DNA of 63,808 bases, the filler included, from Conidiobolus incongruus B7586 (lineage: Eukaryota): the NCBI GenBank assembly GCA_000697335.1. It is 40 parts of 40 records of this genome, joined end to end, with 100 filler letters (N's around TTAATTAATTAA, not from the genome) between each part and the next. Parts side by side here need not be neighbours in the genome. Positions count along the whole stretch, not along the records: positions 41,564 to 42,944 come from JNEM01001532.1; positions 43,045 to 44,453 come from JNEM01001533.1; positions 44,554 to 45,927 come from JNEM01001534.1; positions 46,028 to 47,275 come from JNEM01001535.1; positions 47,376 to 48,764 come from JNEM01001536.1; positions 48,865 to 50,204 come from JNEM01001537.1; positions 50,305 to 51,538 come from JNEM01001538.1; positions 51,639 to 52,976 come from JNEM01001539.1; 32 more parts are not named here. One strand, 5' to 3'. Made by a program: the position numbers and the translations under genes. Shown here in pieces: positions 41,564 to 54,358 of the stretch; the stretch's first letter is position 1; every line of letters begins with the position of its first letter. The notes under the pieces were generated by a model. The model was not told the origin of the DNA, made no database searches, and worked only from the letters and a program-made list of their open reading frames with translations.

Positions 41564-42944
41564 ATATATTCTTTAGATTTTTACAAATAAGTATAATAAG
41601 TTAAAATATTTTTAATATTTTCTAAGGGTATTTATATAACTTCTTTAATTAGATAACTTATTTATTTTATATAATAATAAATTATATTCCTAATAAATTT
41701 AAATTTAAATTTAATTATATAATTAATATATTATTCATCTTTTTTATCTTAATTAATAATTAAATCTAATTTTAAAATTTTTAAAATAAAGCTTGATTTT
41801 AAATATATAAAAGATAAAATTAATTTTGAAAGTTAATGATAATTCTAAGGTAATATTTTCAAAATTTAAATTAATAGATTAAATTTTATAAAGATTATAA
41901 TATAATGGTAAATATTTTGGGTTTAAATTAAACTTAAATAAGGTAAGTTTAAAGGTAAATTATTTTAAATATACTAACATATTAATTTTATATTTGAGAG
42001 GATTTTTAAATAAATCTATATATTGTTGTTTTATAATCTTTTAATTTTTTTCCAAGATAAATTTAATAAAAAAGTTAATAAATTTAATATTAAATTAAAA
42101 TCTAATAATATCTAAAGATAAAATAATTAAAAATTTTAAAGCAATTATTAAATTAAAATATTTGCTATAATTAATAAAATAAAAGCTAAAATTTATTGAT
42201 TTTTTAATAAAAATATTGAATAAATATTAAAATAAATATATATAAATATTTTCATTTAACTAATTAATGTTAATATAAGTTTTAGTCACTTGCTTTAAGG
42301 TTTTAATAGTTTTTTAATAAGTTCATTAATTTAATAATAATTAATAGTAAATATAGCTAGATTAATCTTAAAGGAAAAAAATAATAACATTTAAAATTAA
42401 AAGTTAAATCATATATCTCTTAAATATAATAGTTTGTAAAATTTTATAATAGGTAAAAATATTAAAGAATAATAATTATATAATATTTTTAATTACAGAT
42501 ATTTTGAAATAAAAATAAAATAAGTATATTCAAAGAATAAATTAATTATAATTAATAATTTATTATAATTATTTGTTGATTTAAGAATTTTTATCAAATC
42601 AAGTTAAGTTTATTATTAAGTTTTATTAAACACTTATAAAAAAATAAGTTTATTATATTTTAATTAAGCATTATATATAATCCTTCAATATATATTATAA
42701 ATAATAATATATTTTTAAATTAATTAGATTAAAAAAAGCTAATAATATTTTATTTTAATTTTTTTAATAATCATTAATTAGTTTTAATATTTTTTAACAA
42801 ATAGGTTATAATATTAATTAAATATTATTTATTAAATCTTAAGAATATTAACAATATATAAGAAATTATTATAATATAATAAGTTATCAATAATTTTAAA
42901 TCTTTTAATAAATTTTAATTAGTTTTCTAATAATTTAAAAAGTT
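41564..42944 (+). repeat. Unclassified decayed dispersed repeat containing the empty TRIM insertion site (~42173-42176)
   Basis: Homologous to the flanks of 18054-19014. No CpG seen and no open frame. Confidence 0.75.
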
Positions 42945-43086
42945 NNNNNNNNNNNNNNNNNNNNNNNNNNNNNNNNNNNNNNNNNNNNTTAATTAATTAA
43001 NNNNNNNNNNNNNNNNNNNNNNNNNNNNNNNNNNNNNNNNNNNNAGGTTTATATATTAAAGGGATATAAATAACCAAACTTATATA

Positions 43087-44453
43087 TATTAACCTACAAA
43101 AATAAGTTATAAAATTATCATTATATATATTATTATTAATAACTCTATTAATTCTTAATTAAATTAATTTAAATCAAAACATATAATAAACTTATATTAT
43201 TTATTTATAATTAAATATATTTAATCTAATTATATTAACTTTTAATTGATATATTAAAATTTAAATTTTACCTAAGGTAAGTTACAAATTTATAAGTTTT
43301 GGTTATAAAAAGAAAATTAGAACTTAATATATTTATCTTTTGCTTTCCTAACTTCTTTAAGTTTATAAGGTATAGAGTCAACTAACTTCTTATATTAAGA
43401 AAGATTAATTTTGTTTTAAGCCTCTTAAATATATTTTTAAAGCTTATTTAAATTTTTGATTAGTGGGAAAGCTTTAATTACTTTTTTTAACTAATCCCAA
43501 AGGTGTTGAATTAGATTAAAGTTAAAAGGTTAAAGAGGCTACTTTATAACTATTATTTTATTATTTTTAAATTATTTAGTAATAGAAATAATAGTATAGC
43601 AAAAGGTATTATCTTATTAGAAAATAATATCTAATTTATTTAATCTATACTATTCAATAGTTTATTTTAATTTATTATTTAGAATATTTTAATATATCTT
43701 AATACTAATTCCCTTATTAACTTTATAAAGATACCCTATATTAAAAGATAATATATATCTTTAAATTATAATTAACTTACTATTATATTTTTAGATTGAA
43801 ATAATATAATGGTTATAAAATAATTCTTTGTTTTTTTTTAAATATCTAGCTTTTCTATTAAATTTACTATAGTATATTTTTATTTCATTAGATTAAAAAA
43901 CTTTACTTTAATTAGTTTTAGTTTAATTTTAATAATGACATTTAAACTCCCACTTAATTTTATAATGGGATTTTTTTAATTAAAGGTGTTTTTTCTTAAA
44001 ATATAAGTAGTATCTATTATAATATAAAACATATATAATAATATTAGTATTAATTAATATTCTTGTATAGTTTTGTAATTTTTTTATATTTCTATAGTAG
44101 CATTATATTTATTTATATTAACCAACCTATAAATATATCCTTTATTATATTTATTTATAATGTTAACATATTTATGTTTAAATTTAAATATATCTTTACT
44201 ATAATTTTTAAAAGTTTTAGCTATAATAAACTAGCTAACACTAATAATTCTAATAATCTCATAAGTTGATTTATTTTTACTATAAAGTTAATTAATATGC
44301 AAGTAAGTTTTTTTAGATAAGGATTTAAGTATTTTAATAATAATATTATTTAAAATAATAATTCACAATAATAATTTATAATAATAATATTAATATATAA
44401 ATATATATAATTTAATAAAAAAAAGATTTAAGTTATTGTTAATTTATATATTT
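43087..44453 (-). mobile_element. Tc1-like transposon, subfamily C, dead; inserted into the 5' UTR of a subfamily B copy (43045-43086)
   Basis: Terminus TATTAACCTACAAAAATAAGTTATAAAATT at 43087. HLWD retained (reverse complement of ATCCCAAAGGTG at ~43494). Confidence 0.92.
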
Positions 44454-44553
44454 NNNNNNNNNNNNNNNNNNNNNNNNNNNNNNNNNNNNNNNNNNNNTTA
44501 ATTAATTAANNNNNNNNNNNNNNNNNNNNNNNNNNNNNNNNNNNNNNNNNNNN

Positions 44554-44949
44554 AAAAAAGTAATTAAAATTTTACCTTATTAATATATTTAAATTAGTTT
44601 TAAAATTTTATTTAAAAAATATAAAATAAAATTAACTATTTTAAATATAAAAAGTTAATTGATTTTATACCCTATAAACTTAAAAAAATTAATAAAGCTA
44701 AAGGTTAATATATTAAGTTATAATTTTTTTATTATTAAAAATCTATAAATTTATAACTCATCCTAAGTTTTAATTTAAGGGTTAATATCTTAATTAATTA
44801 ATAATTAAATATCATCATTCAATGATTTATATTACTAATAAATATATATTATTCTAATTATTTAATTTAGGTTTATTGTATTAAATATTAATTAAGTTAT
44901 TAGTAAAAATATAAATATTTTTAATTATATGACTTTTTTTATAGATTTG
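44554..44949 (+). mobile_element. Tc1-like 3' fragment with right end (subfamily A type)
   Basis: Transposase C-terminus, inner repeat AAATTTATAACTCATCC and terminus TATGACTTTTTTTATAGATTTG|TA. Confidence 0.85.
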
Positions 44950-46027
44950 TATATATTCTTTTATTAAATATTTAATTTAAGGAATTTGATTTATCTTTTT
45001 TATTAATAATACTACCTATAAATTCTATTTTAACTAAAAATCAGGAATTTTAAAAATTAAAATTAGTTTTTAATAAGGTAAGTTTTGTTAAATTAACTAT
45101 TTTAATAAAGGTTATTATTGTTTACCTGTTTTATTTAACTTAAGGTTATCTTATGTTTTTTCTTAATTTATATATATTTTTATATCTTTAATAGGTAATA
45201 ATTTTGATTTTTCATTTACTTCCTCAAATAACTTTTTATCTTTAATTTCAAATTATTATTGGTTATTTAATAGATATATTTTTTTAAAATTATATTTATT
45301 TTAATATTAATTTATTTATAACTTTTAACAAATTAACTTTTTTTAAATAATTTTAACTAATAGTTTTTATAATTCTTTTTAATTTTTTATCTTTAATTAT
45401 TTTTTTATTTATTTATTATAAAAGATTCAATATCATTATTTAAATCTATAGTGGTTTTTTTACTTATTAATCCTAATCTTTTCATATTTTTTTAAGATAT
45501 TATTATGTTTGATAATTATTACTTAAGTAATAATAATATAACTTATATTATTTAATATATAATATTCTTTTAATCTTTTTTTTACCTAATAGTTTTAGAT
45601 TATTTTTAGCATATGTTTTTTTATTTGATAGGCTATTACTTTATTTTTCAATAAAATAAGCTATATTTCTTTTTAAAATATTATCAGAACTATATATTTT
45701 TTTTAATTCCACTATTTTTTCTTAAATTCTTTTTTAGTTCATATTATCAAATTACTTGATTTAAGCTATATTCTTTAATTTAGGTTTTAATAATCTAATG
45801 AATTTAAGATAAAATATATTTTTTTAATATTTACCTTTTACTTTATTATTAATTAATTTAAAATTATTTAAGTAGTCTATAAATATTATATTTTTCTTTT
45901 AACTTATATAAATCAATATATTTTATANNNNNNNNNNNNNNNNNNNNNNNNNNNNNNNNNNNNNNNNNNNNTTAATTAATTAANNNNNNNNNNNNNNNNN
46001 NNNNNNNNNNNNNNNNNNNNNNNNNNN

Positions 46028-47275
46028 AATATTATTATTGTAAATTATTATTTTAAATAATATTAGTATTAAAATACCTAAATCCCTCTCTAAAAAGATT
46101 TATTTGTGTATTAATCAACTTTATAATAAAGATAATTCAACTCATGAGATTGCTAGAATTATTAGTGTTAGCTGGTTTATTATAGTTAAAGCTGTTAAAA
46201 ATTATGATAAGGATATATTTAAACTTAAACTTAAGTGTGTTAGGATTATAAATAAATATGATAAAAAGTATATTTATAGGTTAGTTAATATAAGTAAATA
46301 TAATATTATTGTAGAAGTATAGAAAAAATTACAAGACTATACAAGAATATTAGTTAGTATTAATACTTTTATATATACTTTACATTATAATAGATACCAC
46401 TTATACTTTAAGTAAAAATACCCCCAACTAAAAAAGTTTTATTATAGGGTTAAGCAAAAATTTAAATGTCACCACTAAAATTAAACTAAAACTAATTAAA
46501 GTAAGATTATTTAATCTAATGAAACAAAAATATATTTTAGTAGATTTAATAGAAAAGCTAAATATTTCAGAAAAAACAAAGAATTACTTTATCACCATTA
46601 TGTTATTTCAACCTAAAAATATAATAATAGGTTAATTATAGTTTAAGGATATATATTATCTTCTAATATAAGGTATCTTTATAAAGTTAATGGGGGAATT
46701 AATGTTGAGATATATTAAAATATTCTAAACAATGAATTAAAAAAACTATTGAATAATATAGGTTAAATAAATCAGATATTATTTTCTAACAAGATAATAC
46801 CTTTTGCTATATTATTATTTCAGCTACCAAATAGTTTAAAAATAATAAAATAACAACTATGTAGTAGTTTTTTTAATCTTTTAACTTTAATCTAATTAAA
46901 TATCTTTAAGATTAGTTAAAAAAAGCAATTAAAGCTTTCCCACCAGTAAAAAATTTAAATGAGTTTTAAAAATATATTTAAGAAGCCTAGAATAAAATTA
47001 ATCTTTTTTAATATAAGAAGTTAGTTGACTTTATAAACTTAAGGAAGTTAGGAAAACAAAAGATAAATATACTAAGTTTTAATTTTCTTTCTATAACTAA
47101 AACATACAAATTTATAACTCACCTTAGGTAAAATTTAAACTTTAATTTATCAACTAAAATTTAATATAATTAGATCAAATATACTTAATTATAAATAAAT
47201 AATATAAGTTTATTATATATTTTAATTTAAATTTATTTGATTAAGAATTAACAGAGTTATTGATAATAATATATA
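46028..47275 (+). mobile_element. Tc1-like transposon, subfamily C, dead; transposase remnant ~46074-47082
   Basis: ORF-track entry 46104-46322 (STHEIARIISVSWFII) is its N-terminal helix-turn-helix. Confidence 0.94.
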
Positions 47276-47407
47276 NNNNNNNNNNNNNNNNNNNNNNNNN
47301 NNNNNNNNNNNNNNNNNNNTTAATTAATTAANNNNNNNNNNNNNNNNNNNNNNNNNNNNNNNNNNNNNNNNNNNNAATTTACAAAGATATTAATAAAAAT
47401 ATCCATA

Positions 47408-48718
47408 GTACTTTTTAATTTAAATAACAGGAATTTTTTCTAATTAAAAAAATATATATTTTGATATATAAAAAGTAAAAATAAAATATAATATAAAATT
47501 AATAATTTCCTTAATTTTTAATAATTTTTTGCGATATTTTTAGCAAAGATCTAATATCTAAAAAATAGTTCTCTTTATTAACAACTTAAACCTGATATTT
47601 TATAAATTAATTAAATTTTCTTGCAAAAATTTTCTTTCCTATAAGCTGGTTTTTTAATTACCCAAAACAATTATAATCATATGGGTTATAGTCTGGGGAA
47701 TATATTGGATATGGTACATCTTTACAATTATTTTTAATTACAAAGCTTTTTATAACTTTAGAATTAAATATTTTGCAATTATCATGCAAAATATTAGGTC
47801 TTCTCAAATTATATTGAGAATACCAATTACAAATTATATTATTATTAAAAAGAAACATAAAGTTTAATATCAATTGATTATTATTTAGGAATTAAATAAG
47901 AATAGCATATGATATTATAATCTATTATTAAAATTAACAATTTCTTATTAAATTATTATTTTAAAGAAATTTATGAAAGGGGTTAATTTGGTTTAATTCA
48001 ATATTTTGATTTATATTTTGGTAAAGGATTATACAAAAAAACCCAGGATTTATCAATTTCAATTATTCATTGTAAAAGCCTTAGTTTCTAGCTATAATCT
48101 AGTAAGTTTTGTTTACATTAGCTACTTTAATTTTTTTAAACTTTAGTTAAACTATAAGGTTCCAATTTTGTATTTTTATTAATTAATTTTAATATAAAAT
48201 TTGATATATATATAATATTTATATGACTAATATTAAAGTGTCTTGATAATTCTCTAGCTAAAATAAAAGGACATCTTTTATTATATTTTTTTATTTTATT
48301 AACAATTAGAAAAGTGATATATAAAATTGGTTTTCTAGATTTTAATAGGCTTTGGGTAGTTTTTTTCTTAACTTTAAAATAATTTACTTATCAATAGATT
48401 GTTGATTTGGATAATATTTTATTACCAAAAGCTGCTTATATATTTTGAATGATTTTAGATGATTTATGGTTAAGTTTTATGAATAATAAAATCAAAGACT
48501 TTTGATGGTTATTATTTGGTTTAAAAATAATTAAATAACTAATTTTAAAGAGTTATTTTTAATCAAAAATATTATTATATTTATATATATAAATATATAT
48601 ATAATTCAAAACTATTTATTTTCTTATTTGTTTTATATATAATTTTTTTTTTGAAATTAATAATATATTTGAAAAATCAGAAATTAAACAATTTCCTATT
48701 TTTTCAATTTTATGATAA
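47408..48718 (-). mobile_element. Full-length mariner DD34D transposon (1311 bp), dead, nested in a Tc1 terminal repeat; transposase remnant ~47499-48515
   Basis: ORF 47658-47873 contains ILHDNCKI...YSPDYNPYDY with 34 residues between the catalytic Asp residues. TA at 47406-47407 and 48719-48720; ~30-bp imperfect TIRs. Confidence 0.95.
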
Positions 48719-48720
48719 TA

Positions 48721-48755
48721 TTTTTAATTTTATAACTCACTTTTGCAAGCTAATA
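48721..48755 (+). mobile_element. Tc1 right terminus (continues 47376-47405, split by the mariner)
   Basis: TTTTATAACTCACTTTTGCAAGCTAATA matches the Tc1 outer repeat and terminus. Confidence 0.8.
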
Positions 48756-48864
48756 TATATTATANNNNNNNNNNNNNNNNNNNNNNNNNNNNNNNNNNNN
48801 NNNNNNNNTTAATTAATTAANNNNNNNNNNNNNNNNNNNNNNNNNNNNNNNNNNNNNNNNNNNN

Positions 48865-50035
48865 TAATAAAAAATTAACTCTTTATAGTTATATATTTAA
48901 TATAATTATATTTAAATCAAATAATTATTATCAAAAGTCTTTTATTTTGATATTATTAAAACTTAACCATAAATCCTCTGTAATTATTTAAAATTTACAC
49001 CCAACTTTTGATAATGAACCATTATTTAAATCAATAATTTATCATTATTTAAATTATTTTAAAGTTAAAAAGATTTATTTAAAACTTACTAAAATTTAAA
49101 AAACTATTTTTAACTATTATTGTTTCAATTATTGATAAAATAAAAAAATATATTAAAAAGTATCATTTATTTCAGTTAGAGAATCATTTAAATATTTTAA
49201 TATTAGATTTATAAATGTTGTATATATATTAAAGTTTAAACACAAATTAATAAATAAAAATATAAAATATATATTTTATAATTTAACTATAGCTTAAAAA
49301 AAGTTAGAATAATTATTATTAAACAAACCTTATTAAATAATATTAAATACCTAAGCTTTTTCAATAAATAAATATAATTTATGAATCTTAAATCTCTTTA
49401 TATAATTCTTTCCTAAAATATAGATCAAAGCGTTAGATTAAGCTAAATTAACTCCCTTTAAAAATCCCTTTAAATAAATATTTTTTTAATAAAAAAATAT
49501 TAATTATTATAATAGATTATAATGTTTTATACTACTTTTACTTAGTTCTTAAAGGAAAATTTATTAATAGTAAGCTTTATATTGCTTTATTAAATAATAT
49601 TATTTCTAATTAATAATCTTAATATAATTTAAAATGACCTATTATTTTGTATAATAAATATAAAATATATAAATCTAAAGCTATAAAAAAATTTTTTATT
49701 TAAAGAAAACTAGAAAAAACTAACATATCTGATATATTCTTTAGATTATTACTTATTGAATATAATTACTTTAGGTAATTAAAAAACTAGTTTATTAGAA
49801 AGAAAATTTTTTCAAGGAAATTTAATTAATTTGTAAAATTTTAAATTTTAGTATTTAATTAAAAAAACTATCTTTTAGGTATTAGAAGTTTATTAAAGAT
49901 ATAGCAAAACATTATTAAAAATAAAAGAAATTATTAAATTTTTATTTTATATATATTTTTATATATTATATTTTAAAATATTTATTTATTTTAAATTATA
50001 AAAAATTCCTATTATTTAAAATAAAAAGTAAAAAT
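48865..50035 (+). mobile_element. mariner transposon, dead; transposase remnant ~48921-49937
   Basis: Colinear with the family; right TIR AAAATTCCTATTATTTAAAATAAAAAGTAA. Confidence 0.9.
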
Positions 50036-50304
50036 AATTAATTTTTATATTAATAAATACTAATCTATTCTATTAATTAAAATAAATTATATTGTAACTA
50101 TAACTTAAATATAATATATATAAGTTTTAAATTAAATATGATAATTATTTAAATTAAAAACTATTAAAACTTTAATATAATATTTTTAATTTTAATATTA
50201 AATTNNNNNNNNNNNNNNNNNNNNNNNNNNNNNNNNNNNNNNNNNNNNTTAATTAATTAANNNNNNNNNNNNNNNNNNNNNNNNNNNNNNNNNNNNNNNN
50301 NNNN

Positions 50305-50389
50305 TAGGTTTATTTTATTAAATATTAATTAAGTTATTAGTAAAAATATAGGTGTTTTTGATTTTATGACTTACTTTTGTGGGTCAGTG
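50305..50389 (+). mobile_element. Right end of a subfamily A Tc1 copy inserted into another Tc1
   Basis: Best-preserved terminus: GATTTTATGACTTACTTTTGTGGGTCAGTG|TA. Confidence 0.88.
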
Positions 50390-51538
50390 TATATTAATTA
50401 ACTTACTAATAAGAATAAATTAACTTATGAGATTATTAAAATTATTAGTATTAGCTAATCTATATTAGCTAAGGTTATTAAGAATAATGTTAAAAAACAC
50501 CTAAACTAAAATGTAAATATGTTAAAATTATAAATATATATGATAAAAAGTATATTTATAAATTAATAGTATAGGTAAATATAATATTATTATAATAATA
50601 TAGTAAGAATTATAAAATTATATAAGAATATTAATTAATAGTTATATTATTATATATATTTTATATTAGAATAAATACCACTCATAACTTCAAAAAAACA
50701 CCCTTAACTAAAGAAATTTTATTATAAAATTAGGTGAGAGTTTAAATATCAATATTAAGGTTAAATTGAAATTAATTAGAGTAAAGTTATTTAGTTTAAT
50801 AAAACAAAAATATATTTTAATAAATTTAATAAAAAAACTGGATATTTCAAAAAAAATAAAAAATTATTTTATAACTATGTTATTATAACCTAAAAATATA
50901 ATGGTGGGTTAATTATAATTTAAAAAATATATTATCTTTAAATATAAAGTATTTTTGTAAGATTAATAAAGGAATTAATATTGAGATATATTAAAGTATT
51001 TTAAATAATAAATTCAAAAGAAACTATTGAGTAGTATAAGTTAATTAAGTCAAATATTAATTTTTAACAAAATAATACCTTTTGCTATATTACAAAATCT
51101 ACTATTAAATAACTTAAAAATAATAAAATAATAAAATAATTATTATAAAATAATCTCCTTAATCTCTTAATTTTAATCCAATTGAATATTTTTAAAATTA
51201 ATTAAAAAAATTAATTAAAGCTTTCCATTTAACAAAAGATTTAAATTAACTTTAGGAGTATATTTAAGAAACTTAAAATAATATTAGTCATGTTTAATAT
51301 AAAAAGCTAGTTAACTTTATACCCCATAAACTTAAAAAAGTTAGAAAAGCAAAAGGCTGATATATTATATATTAATTTTTCTATTAATATTAAAACCCAC
51401 AAATTTATAACTTATCTTAAATATACTTTTATTTTTAATGTATCAATTAATAATTAATTAAAATTTACTTCATATATTATATTATAAATAAAAAATATAT
51501 ATTAATTACATAGTTTAATATAAGTTTATTAAAATAAA
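50390..51538 (+). mobile_element. Tc1-like transposon, subfamily B, dead; begins at about codon 12
   Basis: YNGGLII and AATCCAATTGAA (NPIE, catalytic Glu retained, ~51175). Confidence 0.92.
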
Positions 51539-51758
51539 NNNNNNNNNNNNNNNNNNNNNNNNNNNNNNNNNNNNNNNNNNNNTTAATTAATTAANNNNNN
51601 NNNNNNNNNNNNNNNNNNNNNNNNNNNNNNNNNNNNNNAATAAATAAAATAACTAAGTTTTATAAAATAAATTAGGCTAATTTGATAAAAATTAATATTA
51701 ATTATATATATATATAGTTTTTAACTTTATATTTTTATCTGATAAATTTATATAAATA

Positions 51759-52976
51759 TATTAACTTGCAAAAATAAACCATAAAATCAGAAACACTTAT
51801 ATTTTTACCAATAACTTGATTAATATCTAATAAAATAAACCTAAATTAAATAATTACAATTTATTATATCTATTAATAGTTTATAATATTAAATAATGAT
51901 ATATAGTTATTAACTGGTTAAAATATAAACCCTTAAATTTTACCTAAGAGTTATAAATTTATGGGTTTTTAGTGATAAAATAAATTAAAACTTAGTGTAT
52001 TTATTTTTAGCTTTTATAACTTTAAGTTTGTGGGGCATAGAATCAACTAACTTTTTATAATAAGAAAGTTTAATTTTATTTAATATTTCTTAAATATATT
52101 CTTAAAGCTAATTTAAATTATTTACTGAAGAGAAAGCTTTAATAGCTTTTTTTAACTAATCCCAAAGATATTTAATTAGGTTAAGATTAAGAAATTAAAA
52201 AAGCCATTTTATAACTATTATTTTATTATTTTTAAATTATATGGTAATAAAAGCTATAATTTAGCAAGAGGTAATATCTTATTAAAAAATATCATTAGTT
52301 TATTTGACCTATATTATTTAATATTTTTTTTAAATTTATTATTTAAAATATTTTAATATATCTTAATATTAATTCCCTTATTAAATTTATATAGATATTT
52401 TATAACTAAAGATAGTATATGTTCTTAAATAATAATTGACCTATTATTGAACTTTTAGATAGAATTAACATAATAGTCATAAATTAATTTTATATTTTTT
52501 TAAAAATATTTTGCCTTTCTATTAAATCAATTAAAATATATTTTTATTATAGTAAATTAAATAAACTTAATTTAATTAGTTTTAATTTAATATTAATAGT
52601 GATATTTAAACTCCCACTAAGTTTTATAATGGGATTTCTTTAATTAAAGGTATTATTTCTTAAGGTATGAGTGATGTCAATATTAATATTAAATATATAT
52701 AATAATATTAATATCAATTAATATTCTTACATAGTCTTTTAATTCCTATTATATTTCTATAATAATATTATATTTGCTTATATTAACTAACCTATAAATA
52801 TATTTTTTATTATATTATTCTATAATCTTAACACATTTAAGTTTAAGTTTAAATATATCTTAATTATTATTTTTAATAACTTTAACTATAATAAATTAGC
52901 TAAAACTAGTAATTCTATTAATATCATAATTTAATTTATATTTTTTATAAAAAAGAAAAATTTATAAATGAATTTT
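51759..52976 (-). mobile_element. Tc1-like transposon, subfamily A, dead
   Basis: Terminus TATTAACTTGCAAAAATAAACCATAAAATC; DSMPHKL retained near the C-terminus. Confidence 0.92.
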
Positions 52977-53090
52977 NNNNNNNNNNNNNNNNNNNNNNNN
53001 NNNNNNNNNNNNNNNNNNNNTTAATTAATTAANNNNNNNNNNNNNNNNNNNNNNNNNNNNNNNNNNNNNNNNNNNNAAATAGATTTTTTT

Positions 53091-54358
53091 TTACTCTGTA
53101 TTTTTAATAATGGGAATTTTTTATAATTATAAATAAATATATAATATAAATTTAATAATTTCATTTATTATTAGTAACTTTATAGTATACTTTTAGCAAA
53201 GATCTAAAAGCTAAAAAATAATTCATTTTATTAAAGACTGAAATTTAATGTTTCATAAAGTAATTAAATTTTCTTATAAAAATTTTCTTTCCTGTAAACT
53301 AGTTTTTTAATTATCTAAAGCAATTATAATTACATAGGTTATAATCTAAAGAGTATACTAGATATGGTAGTTTTTTCTAGTTATTTTTAATTAGAAAGTT
53401 TTTTTAACTTTAGATTTATATATTTTGCAAATATTATGCAAAATAATAAGTCTACTCAAATTATATTGAAAACACCAATTAGAAATATTATTTTTTAAAA
53501 AATCAATATAAAGTTTACTATTAATTGATTTTCCTTGAGGAATTAAATAAAAGTAATATATATCATTATAATTCATTGCAATAATTAACATTTGTTTATT
53601 AATAAAATACTTATTTAAAGGGATTTGTAGAGGGAGTTGATTTATCTTAATCTAGCATTTTGATTTATATTTTAGTAAAGGATTATATATAAAAATCTAA
53701 AATTCATCAATTATAATTATTTGTTGTAAAAGTTTAGGCTTCTGGTAATATTATGATAAGTTTTGTTTTATAATAACTATTTCAGTTTTTTTCTAAGCTT
53801 TAGTTAAATTATTAAGTTCCTATTTTATGTTTTTTTTATTAATTTGAGTTTAAACTTTAATATATATAAAATACTTGTAAGACTAATATTAAAGTACTTA
53901 GATAATTCTTTTGCTGAAATAAAAAGGTATTTTTTAATATTTTTTTTCACTCTAATAACAATTGAAAGAATAACAGTTGAAGTTAGTTTTTTAGATTTTA
54001 ATAGATTTTAGATAATCTCTCTTTTAACTTTAAAATAATTTACCTAGCAATAAATTGTTAATATAGATAATGCTTCATTATCAAAAGCTGCTTGTAAATT
54101 TTAAATAATTTTAGAGGGCTTATGGTTAAGGTTTATTGATACTAAAATAAAAGACTTTTGATGATTATTATTTAATCTAAACAAGATTAAATTGAACAAC
54201 CAATTTTGAAAAATTAATTTTTTAATCAAAAATATTATTATATATATTAAAAATATATAATTTCCTATTAACTTTGTATATTTTTTTCATTTCCAACTAA
54301 TAATATATTTGAAAAATCAAAAATTAAAAAATTTCCCATTATTTCAAATTTATGATAA
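53091..54358 (-). mobile_element. Near full-length mariner transposon (1268 bp), dead; transposase remnant ~53152-54170
   Basis: Both TIRs (TTACTCTGTATTTTTAATAATGGGAATT and TTCCCATTATTTCAAATTTATGATAA|TA). ORF 53391-53591 (LIPQGKSINSKLYIDFL) is a fragment of it. Confidence 0.94.

Noticed and set aside
44063..44269. 68-aa ORF on the + strand
   Set aside because: Antisense to a dead Tc1 transposase; a chance open frame.
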